A stretch of DNA of 64,000 nucleotides from an uncultured Granulicella sp. GTDB lineage: Bacteria; Acidobacteriota; Terriglobia; Terriglobales; Acidobacteriaceae. The translations under genes and the position numbers were made by a program. Shown piece after piece: positions 9,318 through 18,079 of the stretch. The notes under the pieces are model-generated. The model saw only the letters and a program-made list of their open reading frames with translations, made no database searches and had not been told where the DNA came from. The DNA is taken from contig CBDCAG010000001.1 in NCBI GenBank assembly GCA_965213805.1, positions 2,338,726 to 2,402,725 of the forward strand. The letters run 5' to 3'. The first letter of the stretch is position 1; every line of letters begins with the position of its first letter.

Positions 9318-10826
9318 CTAGGAACCCGTCCCGCTGAACACCACCCCAACCGTGCGCGCCAGGATCTTCAGGTCCAGCCAGAAGCTCCAGTTCTCGACAT
9401 ACGCCGTATCCAGCGAAATGTAGCTGTCAAACGACGGATCCTGCCGCGCCTCCACCTGCCACAGCCCGGTGATGCCCGGCAGCACGTCCAGCCGGCGCAG
9501 GTGCGCCAGGTCGTACTGCTCCACCTCGGAGGCGATCGGCGGCCGCGGCCCCACCAGGCTCATGTCACCACGCAGCACGTTATAAAACTGCGGCAGCTCG
9601 TCCAGCGAATACTTCCGCAGCATCCGCCCCACCGGCGTAATCCGCGGATCGTTCACAATCTTGAACAGCACGCCTTCGCGTTCATTCATGTGTTCGAGCT
9701 CCGCCTTGCGCCGGTCTGCGTCCACCACCATTGTGCGGAACTTGTAACAGTCGAAGGTGCGCCCCTTGCGCCCGATCCGCGCAGCCTTGTAAAAGATCGG
9801 CCCATCCGAACCAAACCGCACCGCCAGCCCTACCACCAGCAGCACCGGCGACAGCAGCAGCATCGCCAGCGACGACAACGTGATATCCAGGATCCGCTTC
9901 ATCAGGAACGAACCCATCGGGAAATCCCTGCGATGCAGCGGAATCGTCGGAAACTGCCCGATATATTCCACCGGCGCATTCCACGCCAGGCCGTCGTACA
10001 GGTCCGGCACCACCCGCACATCGATCCCCAGCGCCCGCGCCTCTTCGACAATGCCGATCACCAGCTTCTTATCCGCTGGAACCGAAAAGAAAATCTCATC
10101 CACAAACAGCGACCGCGCCAGCTGCAGCGTGTTGCGCACATCGCCCACCACGTCCGCGTCGCCCGAATCCGCCTCGCGTTCGGTCAGCGCCACGAACCCC
10201 TTGAACCGGAACCCCAGGTGCCGCAGCGACTCCAGGTGATTGCGCAGCGCGTGCGCCACCCGGCCCGCACCCACAATCAGCACATTGCGCGTCTCCAGCC
10301 CCTCGCGATAGCGGCTGTACTCCATGTTCCGCCAGATGGCCCGCCGCGCCGCCAGCAGCAACGCGGTAAACACCACCGTCAGCAGCACCACGATGCGCGA
10401 CACCACCTCGCCCTGCCCCAGGTAGAGCGCCCCGCACAGCAGAAGCCCCGCCGTCAGCGTCGCCTGGATCGTCATCCTCTGCTCGTGCAGCCCGCTGCGG
10501 TTCTGAATCGGCCCATACAGCCCGTACGACCGCGTGAAAAACACCAGCGTCAGCCCAAACCACAGCAGGTACAGCAGCGAATACTTGTTCGCCCCCATCA
10601 GGATCGAAGGAATCATCGACAGCGGATGATAGCCGATCGGCCTATCCATCCTGACTCGAACCGCCATCACCGCGGCCACCACCACCGTCATCAGGTCGAA
10701 CGCACCCCACACCAGGCTGCTCACCGACGGACGCTGCAGCAAGCCGGGCCGCGCTGCGCCCGACCTTCCACTTCCGCGGCGTTTGCCGGAGATGATGACC
10801 TGCTGCAGGTAATCGGGTGCTGCCAT
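9318..10826 (-). CDS. Polyprenyl glycosylphosphotransferase (WcaJ/WbaP-type priming sugar transferase)
   Basis: N-terminal TMs, VLIVGAG, KRILDI, YKFRTM, DPRITPVG..LRKYSLDELPQF.NVL.GDMSLVGPRP. Confidence 0.92.
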   Translation of the reverse strand: MAAPDYLQQVIISGKRRGSGRSGAARPGLLQRPSVSSLVWGAFDLMTVVVAAVMAVRVRMDRPIGYHPLSMIPSILMGANKYSLLYLLWFGLTLVFFTRSYGLYGPIQNRSGLHEQRMTIQATLTAGLLLCGALYLGQGEVVSRIVVLLTVVFTALLLAARRAIWRNMEYSRYREGLETRNVLIVGAGRVAHALRNHLESLRHLGFRFKGFVALTEREADSGDADVVGDVRNTLQLARSLFVDEIFFSVPADKKLVIGIVEEARALGIDVRVVPDLYDGLAWNAPVEYIGQFPTIPLHRRDFPMGSFLMKRILDITLSSLAMLLLSPVLLVVGLAVRFGSDGPIFYKAARIGRKGRTFDCYKFRTMVVDADRRKAELEHMNEREGVLFKIVNDPRITPVGRMLRKYSLDELPQFYNVLRGDMSLVGPRPPIASEVEQYDLAHLRRLDVLPGITGLWQVEARQDPSFDSYISLDTAYVENWSFWLDLKILARTVGVVFSGTGS

Positions 10827-11110
10827 GGAGGGACTCCTCAACGCTCCTGTGTTGGATGGGCTCGAGCCGTCAGACCGCCGGCACGTCCGTGTCAATTTTT
10901 CGCTATCACCACCTAGGGTAAATGAAGTCGGACCTCCCTGCCCCCGGTCTTATGCCCCTCTCTCCCAACCTTGGGTAACACCAAAGGGCTATGGCGACCC
11001 TGAAGTAAGCACAGCATAAGTTGGCCAAACTACCACCGCAACTCCACCTTCATCATTGCGTCATCTCTCTTTTGCACAGGTTCCGATTCAGAACCGCAAC
11101 CACCCACCCC

Positions 11111-12058
11111 CTAAGCCGGCAGCACCAGCGCATCCAGCGACAGAAACTCCTGCAGCACCGGGTCGTCCACCTTCTCCATCTCCTCCATCGTGCCAAAGAA
11201 GCGTGCCTCGCCCTGGTGCAGAAACACCACCCGGTCCGCCAGCTTCTTCGCAAAGCGCATGTCATGCGTCACCACGATCGACGTCAGGTGAAGCTGCTGC
11301 TTCAGCCGCTCGATCAGGTTCCCCAGCAGGTGCGCCATCAGCGGATCCACCATCGTCGTCGGCTCGTCATACAGCACCGCCTCCGGCTGCGCCGCCAGCG
11401 CCCGCGCAATCGCCACCGACCGCTTCATCCCCGTCGAAAGATCGCTCGGCAGCAGGTTGTCCATTCCCGCCACCCCCACCATCTCGAGCAAGCCCTTCAC
11501 GATCTGGTAGATCTGGTCCTCTTCCATATCGCCGCGTTCCCGCAGCGGAAACGCCACATTCTCGCCAATCGAAATCGAGTCGAACAGCGCCCCATTCTGG
11601 AACACCATCGACACCTTCCGCCGAATCGCCTGCAACTGGTTCTCACGGAAGCCGGTAATGTCCTCGCCCGCAATGCGCACCGTCCCCGAGTCCGGCTTCA
11701 GAAAACCCAGCAGCATCTGCAGCGATACCGACTTCCCCACGCCGCTTCGACCCAGGATGCACAGCGTCTCGCCCGGGTTCACGCAGAAGCTGACCTCCTT
11801 CAACACGTGGAAATCCCCGAACGACTTCGACACTTTTTCAAAGGAAATATACGAGCTCGGCTTGTGATTCTTGGTCTCCGGAAGCTCTTCCGCCGCCGCC
11901 TCATTCTGCGCCGCCGCCTGCTCCATAAACTCGCCGACGGTCGCCGCCACATCCGCCGAAACATCGTCCATCAAGGGAGTATCCGGCTCAGCCGCCGCCG
12001 GGTGCTCCACTTCGCTGTCAGGTTTTACCGGGCCGCTCTGTTCTTCATCGATCGCCAT
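11111..12058 (-). CDS. ABC transporter ATP-binding protein (MlaF/Ttg2A-like)
   Basis: GRSGVGKS Walker A, VFQNGALFDS, LSTGMKR, LYDEPTT. Confidence 0.88.
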   Translation of the reverse strand: MAIDEEQSGPVKPDSEVEHPAAAEPDTPLMDDVSADVAATVGEFMEQAAAQNEAAAEELPETKNHKPSSYISFEKVSKSFGDFHVLKEVSFCVNPGETLCILGRSGVGKSVSLQMLLGFLKPDSGTVRIAGEDITGFRENQLQAIRRKVSMVFQNGALFDSISIGENVAFPLRERGDMEEDQIYQIVKGLLEMVGVAGMDNLLPSDLSTGMKRSVAIARALAAQPEAVLYDEPTTMVDPLMAHLLGNLIERLKQQLHLTSIVVTHDMRFAKKLADRVVFLHQGEARFFGTMEEMEKVDDPVLQEFLSLDALVLPA

Positions 12059-12182
12059 AGGGTTAGGCTATCTGATGCACCGCAGGCCCCGCGGCCAACA
12101 AAAAACTATCAACGAATAACGGGCACTCATCACTCAAGCCCTTCGCCCAGGGCCCGCGATCGAAATCTCTCAGCCGACCAAC

Positions 12183-12779
12183 TCACAGCTTACGGATCAT
12201 GCTTTCCCCAACAGGCCCCTCACCCGCAGCCCTCACAAACTCCTCCGGCGTATTGAAATTCTGAAACCAGCCCGGCTCCTCAAAATCGACATAGTCCACC
12301 TCACCCGCCGCCGCCACCGCTTCCACCACCTTCAGCCGCCGCGCCTCCAGCTCCGCCCGCAAAGCCCCGGCTGCCCGCCGCGCATACGCCGCACACAACG
12401 GCTGCCGCTTCCCGCCGACCCGCGCCATCACCACAACAGCGTCGCTCTCCGCCGCCCGCCCGAGCAGCCGCTCCCACACCAGCGCCGGCACAAACGGCAC
12501 ATCCACCGCCAGGAACAGGTTCCATTCGCAACCCGACTGCTCCAGTCCCGCAACGATTCCGCTCAACGGTCCCGACCCCGGCGCCACGTCCGCGATCACC
12601 GTCCCGTACCGCGCCAGTTCCGGCGTGCCCCCCGCAATCGCCACCGAAGCACATACCGGCCGCAGCGAGTCCAGCCCCCACGCGACCAGCGGCCTGCCCT
12701 CCAGTTCGAGCAGCGCTTTATCCCGCCCCATCCGCAAGCTGCGCCCGCCAGCCAGCACAAAACCGGCCGCTGCGATCAA
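12183..12779 (-). CDS. mobA: Molybdenum cofactor guanylyltransferase
   Basis: LAGGRSLRMGRDKA, GPLSGI, LAVDVPF, QPLCAAY, NFNTPEE. Confidence 0.9.
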   Translation of the reverse strand: MIAAAGFVLAGGRSLRMGRDKALLELEGRPLVAWGLDSLRPVCASVAIAGGTPELARYGTVIADVAPGSGPLSGIVAGLEQSGCEWNLFLAVDVPFVPALVWERLLGRAAESDAVVVMARVGGKRQPLCAAYARRAAGALRAELEARRLKVVEAVAAAGEVDYVDFEEPGWFQNFNTPEEFVRAAGEGPVGESMIRKL

Positions 12780-14230
12780 GCCCCCACCCGCTCCAGCCAG
12801 CCCACAATCGACTCGATCCCGCGATGAAAATTGCTCAGGTTGAACTTCTCGTTCGGCGCGTGCAGGTTATCGTCCGGCAGCCCGAAGCCCATGATCACGG
12901 TCGGCGTCCCCAGCACATTCACAAAATCCCCGATGATCGGAATCGACCCGCCGCCGCGCACATACACCGTCTCCTTGCCGAACACCTGCTTCATCGCCTC
13001 CGTCGCCGCCGTCACAAACGGGCTGTCCGTGCTCACCACGCAGGGGTCGCCCGCATGAATCAGCCGGACTTCGACGGTGCAGCCCTTCGGCACGATGCTC
13101 TCCACATACCCCTTCAGCTGTTCGAAGGTCTCCGCTGGCGTCATATCCGGTACCAGCCGCATGCTTACCTTCGCCACCGCCTTTGCCGGGATCACCGTCT
13201 TCGCGCCCACGCCGACAAACCCGCCCGGCATTCCGTGCACCTCGAGCGTTGGCCGCGACCACAACCGCTCCAGCACCGAGTATTCCGGCTCACCCGTCAG
13301 CGCTACCGAGCCAACCGGCCCGATACGGTACGCCTCTTCGTCGAACGGCAACGCCTTCCACGCCCTCAGCTCTGCATCCGTCGGCTTCAGGACCTTGTCA
13401 TAAATACCTGGAATCAGGATGGTTCCGTTCTCATCTTTCAGCTTGGCGATAATCTGCGAGAGCCCAAAGAACGGGTTCGGTGCCGCGCCCCCGAACTGCC
13501 CCGAGTGCAGGTCGCTCTTTGCCCCGTGCACCTCGATCTCGGTGTAGATCATGCCGCGCAGCCCCACGCACAGCGTCGGCAGATCAGGCGCGAACATATC
13601 CGTATCGCTCACCAGCGCAACGTCCGCTTTCAACCGGTCGCCGTGCTCGCGCACGAACCGCGCAATCCCCTCGCCGCCCACCTCTTCCTCGCCCTCGACG
13701 ATCACGCGCACGTTCACCGGCAGCGTCCCGCCGCCCGCCACCATCAACGCCTCGAGCGCCTTCACATGCATCCACATCTGGCCCTTGTCATCGACCGCCC
13801 CGCGCGCATAGATATTGCCATCGCGAATCTCCGGTTCGAATGCCGGCGACTTCCACTCCTCGAGCGGCTCGGCCGGCTGCACATCGTAATGCCCGTAGCA
13901 GAGCACCGTCGGCTTCGAGCTGCCGTCCACCCCCGGCGCCGCCTTCAGCCAGTCCGCATACACCAGCGGGTGTCCAATCCGCGCCGGCACCACCTTGCCC
14001 GCACCCGTCGGACCCGCGATCACGCTCTCGTCGGACGAAGTCTCAATCAGCTCGACGTTCTCCATCCCGATCCGGCGCAGTTCCGCCGCCACGAACTCTG
14101 CCGCCCGTCGCACATCTTCCCGGTGCGCCGGATCGGTCGAGATCGACGGAATCCGCAACAGCGCCTTCAACTCCTCCACAAACCGCTCGCCCTGGTCCTT
14201 CGCAAATGCCACCGCCGCCGTCATCGCCAT
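12776..14230 (-). CDS. M20 family dipeptidase
   Basis: YGHYDVQP, ARGAVDDKGQ, EGEEEVG, DLHSG, HAPNE; AGGAG before ATG 14230. The ORF-track extension runs into a repeat. Confidence 0.9.
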   Translation of the reverse strand: MAMTAAVAFAKDQGERFVEELKALLRIPSISTDPAHREDVRRAAEFVAAELRRIGMENVELIETSSDESVIAGPTGAGKVVPARIGHPLVYADWLKAAPGVDGSSKPTVLCYGHYDVQPAEPLEEWKSPAFEPEIRDGNIYARGAVDDKGQMWMHVKALEALMVAGGGTLPVNVRVIVEGEEEVGGEGIARFVREHGDRLKADVALVSDTDMFAPDLPTLCVGLRGMIYTEIEVHGAKSDLHSGQFGGAAPNPFFGLSQIIAKLKDENGTILIPGIYDKVLKPTDAELRAWKALPFDEEAYRIGPVGSVALTGEPEYSVLERLWSRPTLEVHGMPGGFVGVGAKTVIPAKAVAKVSMRLVPDMTPAETFEQLKGYVESIVPKGCTVEVRLIHAGDPCVVSTDSPFVTAATEAMKQVFGKETVYVRGGGSIPIIGDFVNVLGTPTVIMGFGLPDDNLHAPNEKFNLSNFHRGIESIVGWLERVGA

Positions 14231-14286
14231 CACCGCTCCTGTTCCCACAAAAAGTGGGTGCCCGTTTTTGGTGCAATTTTCCGAAA

Positions 14287-14365
14287 TGTTGACTACTTGG
14301 TCATCAGAGGCTAAGTAGTCTGGAATGAAGATCTTGCGCAACAACCGGGGGGAGGGGACCCCCCT
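14287..14365 (-). repeat. Dispersed repeat family B
   Basis: Reverse complement reads GGGGTCCCCTCCCCCC..TTGCGCAAGATCTTCA..TTAG.CT.TGATGAC.AAGTAGT.AACA, shared with 48631-48712. Confidence 0.8.
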
Positions 14366-15751
14366 CTAGTGAGCCTCCGGCTGCCCCTTCGGGTTCCACG
14401 CCGGACGGAAGTCGCTCGCCGCCAGCCAGCGCAGCGGCTCGATCAAAGACTGGATCGCCGACGTCATGAATCCCAGGTCGAGGTGCGCCAGGTCGTCGCT
14501 CGGCTGGTGATAAGTCGGCGGCGTCCCCCACCCCGCGGCCGTGTGCGCCACCACCCCCTTCAGTGCCAGAGAGTAGTTGTCCGACCGCTCGAAGAAGTGC
14601 TCCTCCGGGTAAGGGTCCGGCCCCAGCAGCGCCCCGTGCTCTTTCAGCGTAGGCCCCAGGTTCGAGCGCTCCCAGCCGGTCAGCAGCAGCACGCCCTTCG
14701 GCATCTTCGGATCCTGGTTCCCGATCATCTCGAACTCAAGGTTCGCCACCAGGCTCGTCAGCGGCACCGCCGGGTGCTCGCCGAAGTAGGTCGAGCCCAG
14801 CCCTCCCACCTCCTCGCTGCCGTAGCAGACGAAGAGCACATTCCGCTTCAGCTTCGCGCCCGCTCCCAGCGCATGCGCGAGTTCAAGGACGGCAGTCGTG
14901 CCCGCCGCATCGTCGTTCGCCCCATTGAAGATCGCGTCGCCATTCACCGGCGCGCCTACGCCAAGATGATCGAGGTGCGCCGTCAGCAGCAGCGTCCCGC
15001 TCGCCGGGTCCGAGCCTTCGAGGTAGCCGATCGCGTTGAAGGTCTTGCGCGGCGCAGCTTCGGGCAGCGCCGTCACCGTCAGTTCAGCCTCTTGAGCCTT
15101 CACGGCGAGCAGCTTCTCCATCGTCGCCCGGCTCACCATGAGGATCGCCGGTCGCGGACGCGTCTCGCCGCCCTTGAGCGTGACCGGCGTGCGCGTCCTG
15201 CCGCCGAACATGGTCAGAAGCGCCTTCATGGACTCGTCCTCCATCGCGACGACGACGTTCGCGCCACCGCGAGCCGGTCCGTTCATCACCTGCTGCGAGG
15301 TCTTGCCGGCTGCCGGGATGCCGGCCAGCACGACAGCGCCCTTCCAGGCTGCGGGCGCCACGTCCGCATGCTTCAACGGCCCGCTCGCCGTCTTGCCGGA
15401 AGAAGTGAGCAGGGTGAAGTCCTTCCCTTCCTCAAGCGTCAGCGCCCCAAGCGTCAGGCGCGCGTGGCCATCGAGCGTCGGCGCGGAGATCTCAGCCGCC
15501 TGCAGGTAGCCTGTCATGCCTGGCGCGGGCTTCAGCCCGTAGGCTTCGAACTCGGACGCGACATAGGTCGCCGCGATCTCTTCATCCCGTGTCGCGCTGC
15601 CGCGGCCGGCCAGCACGTCAGAGGCAAGAAACGCCTCGTGCGCCTCGACCCACTCCGGCTTGACGGTCCAGGGCTGGGCGGTCTGCGCCGCCAGCGTTGC
15701 CGCAGCTCCGGCCACGCATGTGAAAACCAGCAAAATCCGTTTCAGATTCAA
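14366..15751 (-). CDS. Secreted M28 family metallopeptidase
   Basis: Signal peptide, TAHLDHLG, NGANDDAAG, GSEEVGGLGS, RSDNYS, YHQPSD; TTG start inferred. Confidence 0.88.
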   Translation of the reverse strand: MNLKRILLVFTCVAGAAATLAAQTAQPWTVKPEWVEAHEAFLASDVLAGRGSATRDEEIAATYVASEFEAYGLKPAPGMTGYLQAAEISAPTLDGHARLTLGALTLEEGKDFTLLTSSGKTASGPLKHADVAPAAWKGAVVLAGIPAAGKTSQQVMNGPARGGANVVVAMEDESMKALLTMFGGRTRTPVTLKGGETRPRPAILMVSRATMEKLLAVKAQEAELTVTALPEAAPRKTFNAIGYLEGSDPASGTLLLTAHLDHLGVGAPVNGDAIFNGANDDAAGTTAVLELAHALGAGAKLKRNVLFVCYGSEEVGGLGSTYFGEHPAVPLTSLVANLEFEMIGNQDPKMPKGVLLLTGWERSNLGPTLKEHGALLGPDPYPEEHFFERSDNYSLALKGVVAHTAAGWGTPPTYHQPSDDLAHLDLGFMTSAIQSLIEPLRWLAASDFRPAWNPKGQPEAH

Positions 15752-15870
15752 GCCCACTCTCCCGCAAAACCCGCAGCCCAATCCTATCCGACCGGCCAGC
15801 TGTTAACCAATCTCCGGGCCAGCCGTTATAGCGGGTGAAACGCACTCTACCCCTGCCACGAAGGAACACG

Positions 15871-16323
15871 ATGATTGACCACATGTTTGAGAATTTTGCG
15901 GTCGCCTTTGTCTTTTGCTTTATCGCCTACACCATCTTCGGCTCGCTGCGGCGTTACCTGGTCACACGCGCGCAGACTTCGGTGCAGGAGAAGATCTTCG
16001 CCCGCATCGACTCGAGCCAGGCGCTGCTCGACCTGGCGAACAACGACTCCGGCCGCAGGTTTCTTGAAGCCCTGGCGACGGAGCGTGCGGAACCGGTGAC
16101 TCCGTACGCGCGTATCCTCTACGCCATGCAGGCGGGCATCGTGCTCAGCTCGCTCGGCACAGCCCTGCTGTATCTGCATCACGTCAAGGTGAGCGATGGT
16201 CCTGAACTCCTCGTCTTCGGAACGGGCAGCGTCGCTCTCGGCGTCGGGTTCCTGGTTGCGGCTGCGGTCAGCCTCTGGTTCTCGCGCCAGTTCGGATTGC
16301 TGGACCGTGACGGCAGCCGGTGA
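15871..16323 (+). CDS. Membrane protein, first gene of an ECF sigma module
   Basis: AAGGA upstream, three hydrophobic segments, closely packed with the sigma factor gene. Confidence 0.7.
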   Translation: MIDHMFENFAVAFVFCFIAYTIFGSLRRYLVTRAQTSVQEKIFARIDSSQALLDLANNDSGRRFLEALATERAEPVTPYARILYAMQAGIVLSSLGTALLYLHHVKVSDGPELLVFGTGSVALGVGFLVAAAVSLWFSRQFGLLDRDGSR

Positions 16324-16336
16324 GCGAGCGCGTGGC

Positions 16337-16858
16337 ATGCTCGAACACTCGCTCGGCATGCGCGGTGCGCCCGGCGCCGAGGCCTGGAAGGAGCACGAGT
16401 TTGCGCGGCTCTACGAGGCCGAGTCGAGTGCGATCCTCGCCTACCTGGTGGCGGTCACCCGGCGGCCGGAGGTTGCCGAAGACCTGCTGCAGGAGGCTTT
16501 CTGCCGGCTGCTGGCACGGCCGCGCGGCGGCATGGATGCCACCGAACTTAGGCGCTATCTCTTCCGCATCGCCAGCAATCTTCTGCGCGACCGCTTGCGC
16601 GCCGGGGACGACAAACCCTTCGCCGAAGCTGATGAGGCCAGTCACACGCCGGACCCGGCAGCAGAGCTCGACGTGCGCGCGGCGCTCGCGCAGTTGAAAC
16701 CGCGGGAGCGCGAGCTGCTGTGGCTGGCATATGTTGAAGGCATGAGTCACGAGGAGATCGCTGCAGCGACGGGGCTCGCCCGGCTCAGCGTCCGGATGCT
16801 GCTCTTCCGGGCTCGGAACAAGGCGGCGGCGTTTTTGACCGCAGGGAGGACGCGATGA
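16337..16858 (+). CDS. ECF RNA polymerase sigma factor
   Basis: AEDLLQEAF, YLFRIASNLLRD, LKPRERELLWLAYVEGMSHEEIA..VRMLLFRAR; start uncertain. Confidence 0.88.
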   Translation: MLEHSLGMRGAPGAEAWKEHEFARLYEAESSAILAYLVAVTRRPEVAEDLLQEAFCRLLARPRGGMDATELRRYLFRIASNLLRDRLRAGDDKPFAEADEASHTPDPAAELDVRAALAQLKPRERELLWLAYVEGMSHEEIAAATGLARLSVRMLLFRARNKAAAFLTAGRTR

Positions 16859-17193
16859 GCGAACAGGATCGGCAACTGCGGTCGGCCCTGCTGGCGTACT
16901 CGGGCGAGCTGCGTGCGCGGCACACTGTCCCTCTCGCGGGCGCGGTCTGGCTGGCGGCCGAACGGCGCAACCTGCGCCTGGCAAGGGAGCGCGCGGCGCG
17001 TCCGCTGTGGATCATGCAGGCGGTTGCGGCTGCGGTTGCGCTGGTGGTCTGCGCCTGGTCGGCGCGCTCGGCAAAGTGGAGCGGAGGCTGGAATCCGTCG
17101 GGTCCCTGGACGCTGTGGGGCGCGGCGGCGGTGCTGCTGGTCGCGGCCGGGTGCTGGACGATGTGGCGCGCCGCGCGTAGCCTGTCTGTCTGA
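16855..17193 (+). CDS. Putative membrane anti-sigma factor
   Basis: ATGA overlap with the sigma gene; two TM segments. Confidence 0.6.
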   Translation: MSEQDRQLRSALLAYSGELRARHTVPLAGAVWLAAERRNLRLARERAARPLWIMQAVAAAVALVVCAWSARSAKWSGGWNPSGPWTLWGAAAVLLVAAGCWTMWRAARSLSV

Positions 17194-17225
17194 GGCCGAC
17201 CGCCTGTCTGCGAGGACCAAAACCC

Positions 17226-18008
17226 ATGGCAACTTCCGTCCAGAACTGGAATACGACTGCCTACGCGGCCAACGGACGCTTCGTCGCAAATCTTGCCTCG
17301 GAGGTGGTGGGCCTGCTTGCGCCGCAGCCGGGCGAGCGGATTCTCGACGCGGGGTGTGGCGACGGCGCGCTGACCAAGCAGCTGGCGCATGCGGGCGCGG
17401 AGGTGCGCGGGGTGGATGCAAGCCCGGCGATGGTGGCCGCGGCGCGGGCGCGCGGGCTCACGATCGATGAAGCGTCGATCACGTCGCTGCCCTATGACGC
17501 GGAGTTCGATGCCGTGTTTTCAAACGCGGCGATGCACTGGATTCCCGCGCCGCTGCAGCCTGCGGCGCTCAACGGCGTGCATCGCGCGCTGAAGCCCGGC
17601 GGGCGGTTCGTGGCGGAGATGGGCGGGCATGGCAACATTGCGGCAATCCGCACGGCACTCTCAGCGGTGCTGGGGGCGCAGGGGGTCGATGCCGAGTCGC
17701 TGGCGGCGAGCTTCTTCCCGACGCCGGACCACTATGCAGAGCTGCTGGCCGCGGCAGGGTTCAAGGTGCAGAGCATCTCGCTGCATCCGCGACCGACGCC
17801 CTTGCCGGGTGGGGCGCGCGGAATGGCGTTATGGGTGAACACGTTCCGTAACGGGGTGCTCGATCACCTGTCGCCCGAGACGCGCGAGGATGTGGTGGCG
17901 GATACTGTCTCGATGCTGCGGCCGATCCTGTTCGACGCACACCTGGGGGAGAGCGGTGGGTGGGTCGCGGATTATGTGCGCTTGAGGTTTGTGGCGACTA
18001 AGGGTTGA
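17226..18008 (+). CDS. Class I SAM-dependent methyltransferase
   Basis: ILDAGCGDG, GVDASP, FDAVFSNAAMHWI, LKPGGRF. Confidence 0.9.
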   Translation: MATSVQNWNTTAYAANGRFVANLASEVVGLLAPQPGERILDAGCGDGALTKQLAHAGAEVRGVDASPAMVAAARARGLTIDEASITSLPYDAEFDAVFSNAAMHWIPAPLQPAALNGVHRALKPGGRFVAEMGGHGNIAAIRTALSAVLGAQGVDAESLAASFFPTPDHYAELLAAAGFKVQSISLHPRPTPLPGGARGMALWVNTFRNGVLDHLSPETREDVVADTVSMLRPILFDAHLGESGGWVADYVRLRFVATKG

Positions 18009-18013
18009 GGATG

Positions 18014-18044
18014 CCACGTCTCAGAATCGAGACGTGGGCACCCG
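18014..18044. repeat. Short REP-like palindrome between convergent genes
   Basis: CCACGTCTC-AGAATC-GAGACGTGG followed by GCACCCG; single copy in this window. Confidence 0.6.
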
Positions 18045-18079
18045 GAAGTGTTGCTCAGGGTTGGACTTGAGGCACCTGT

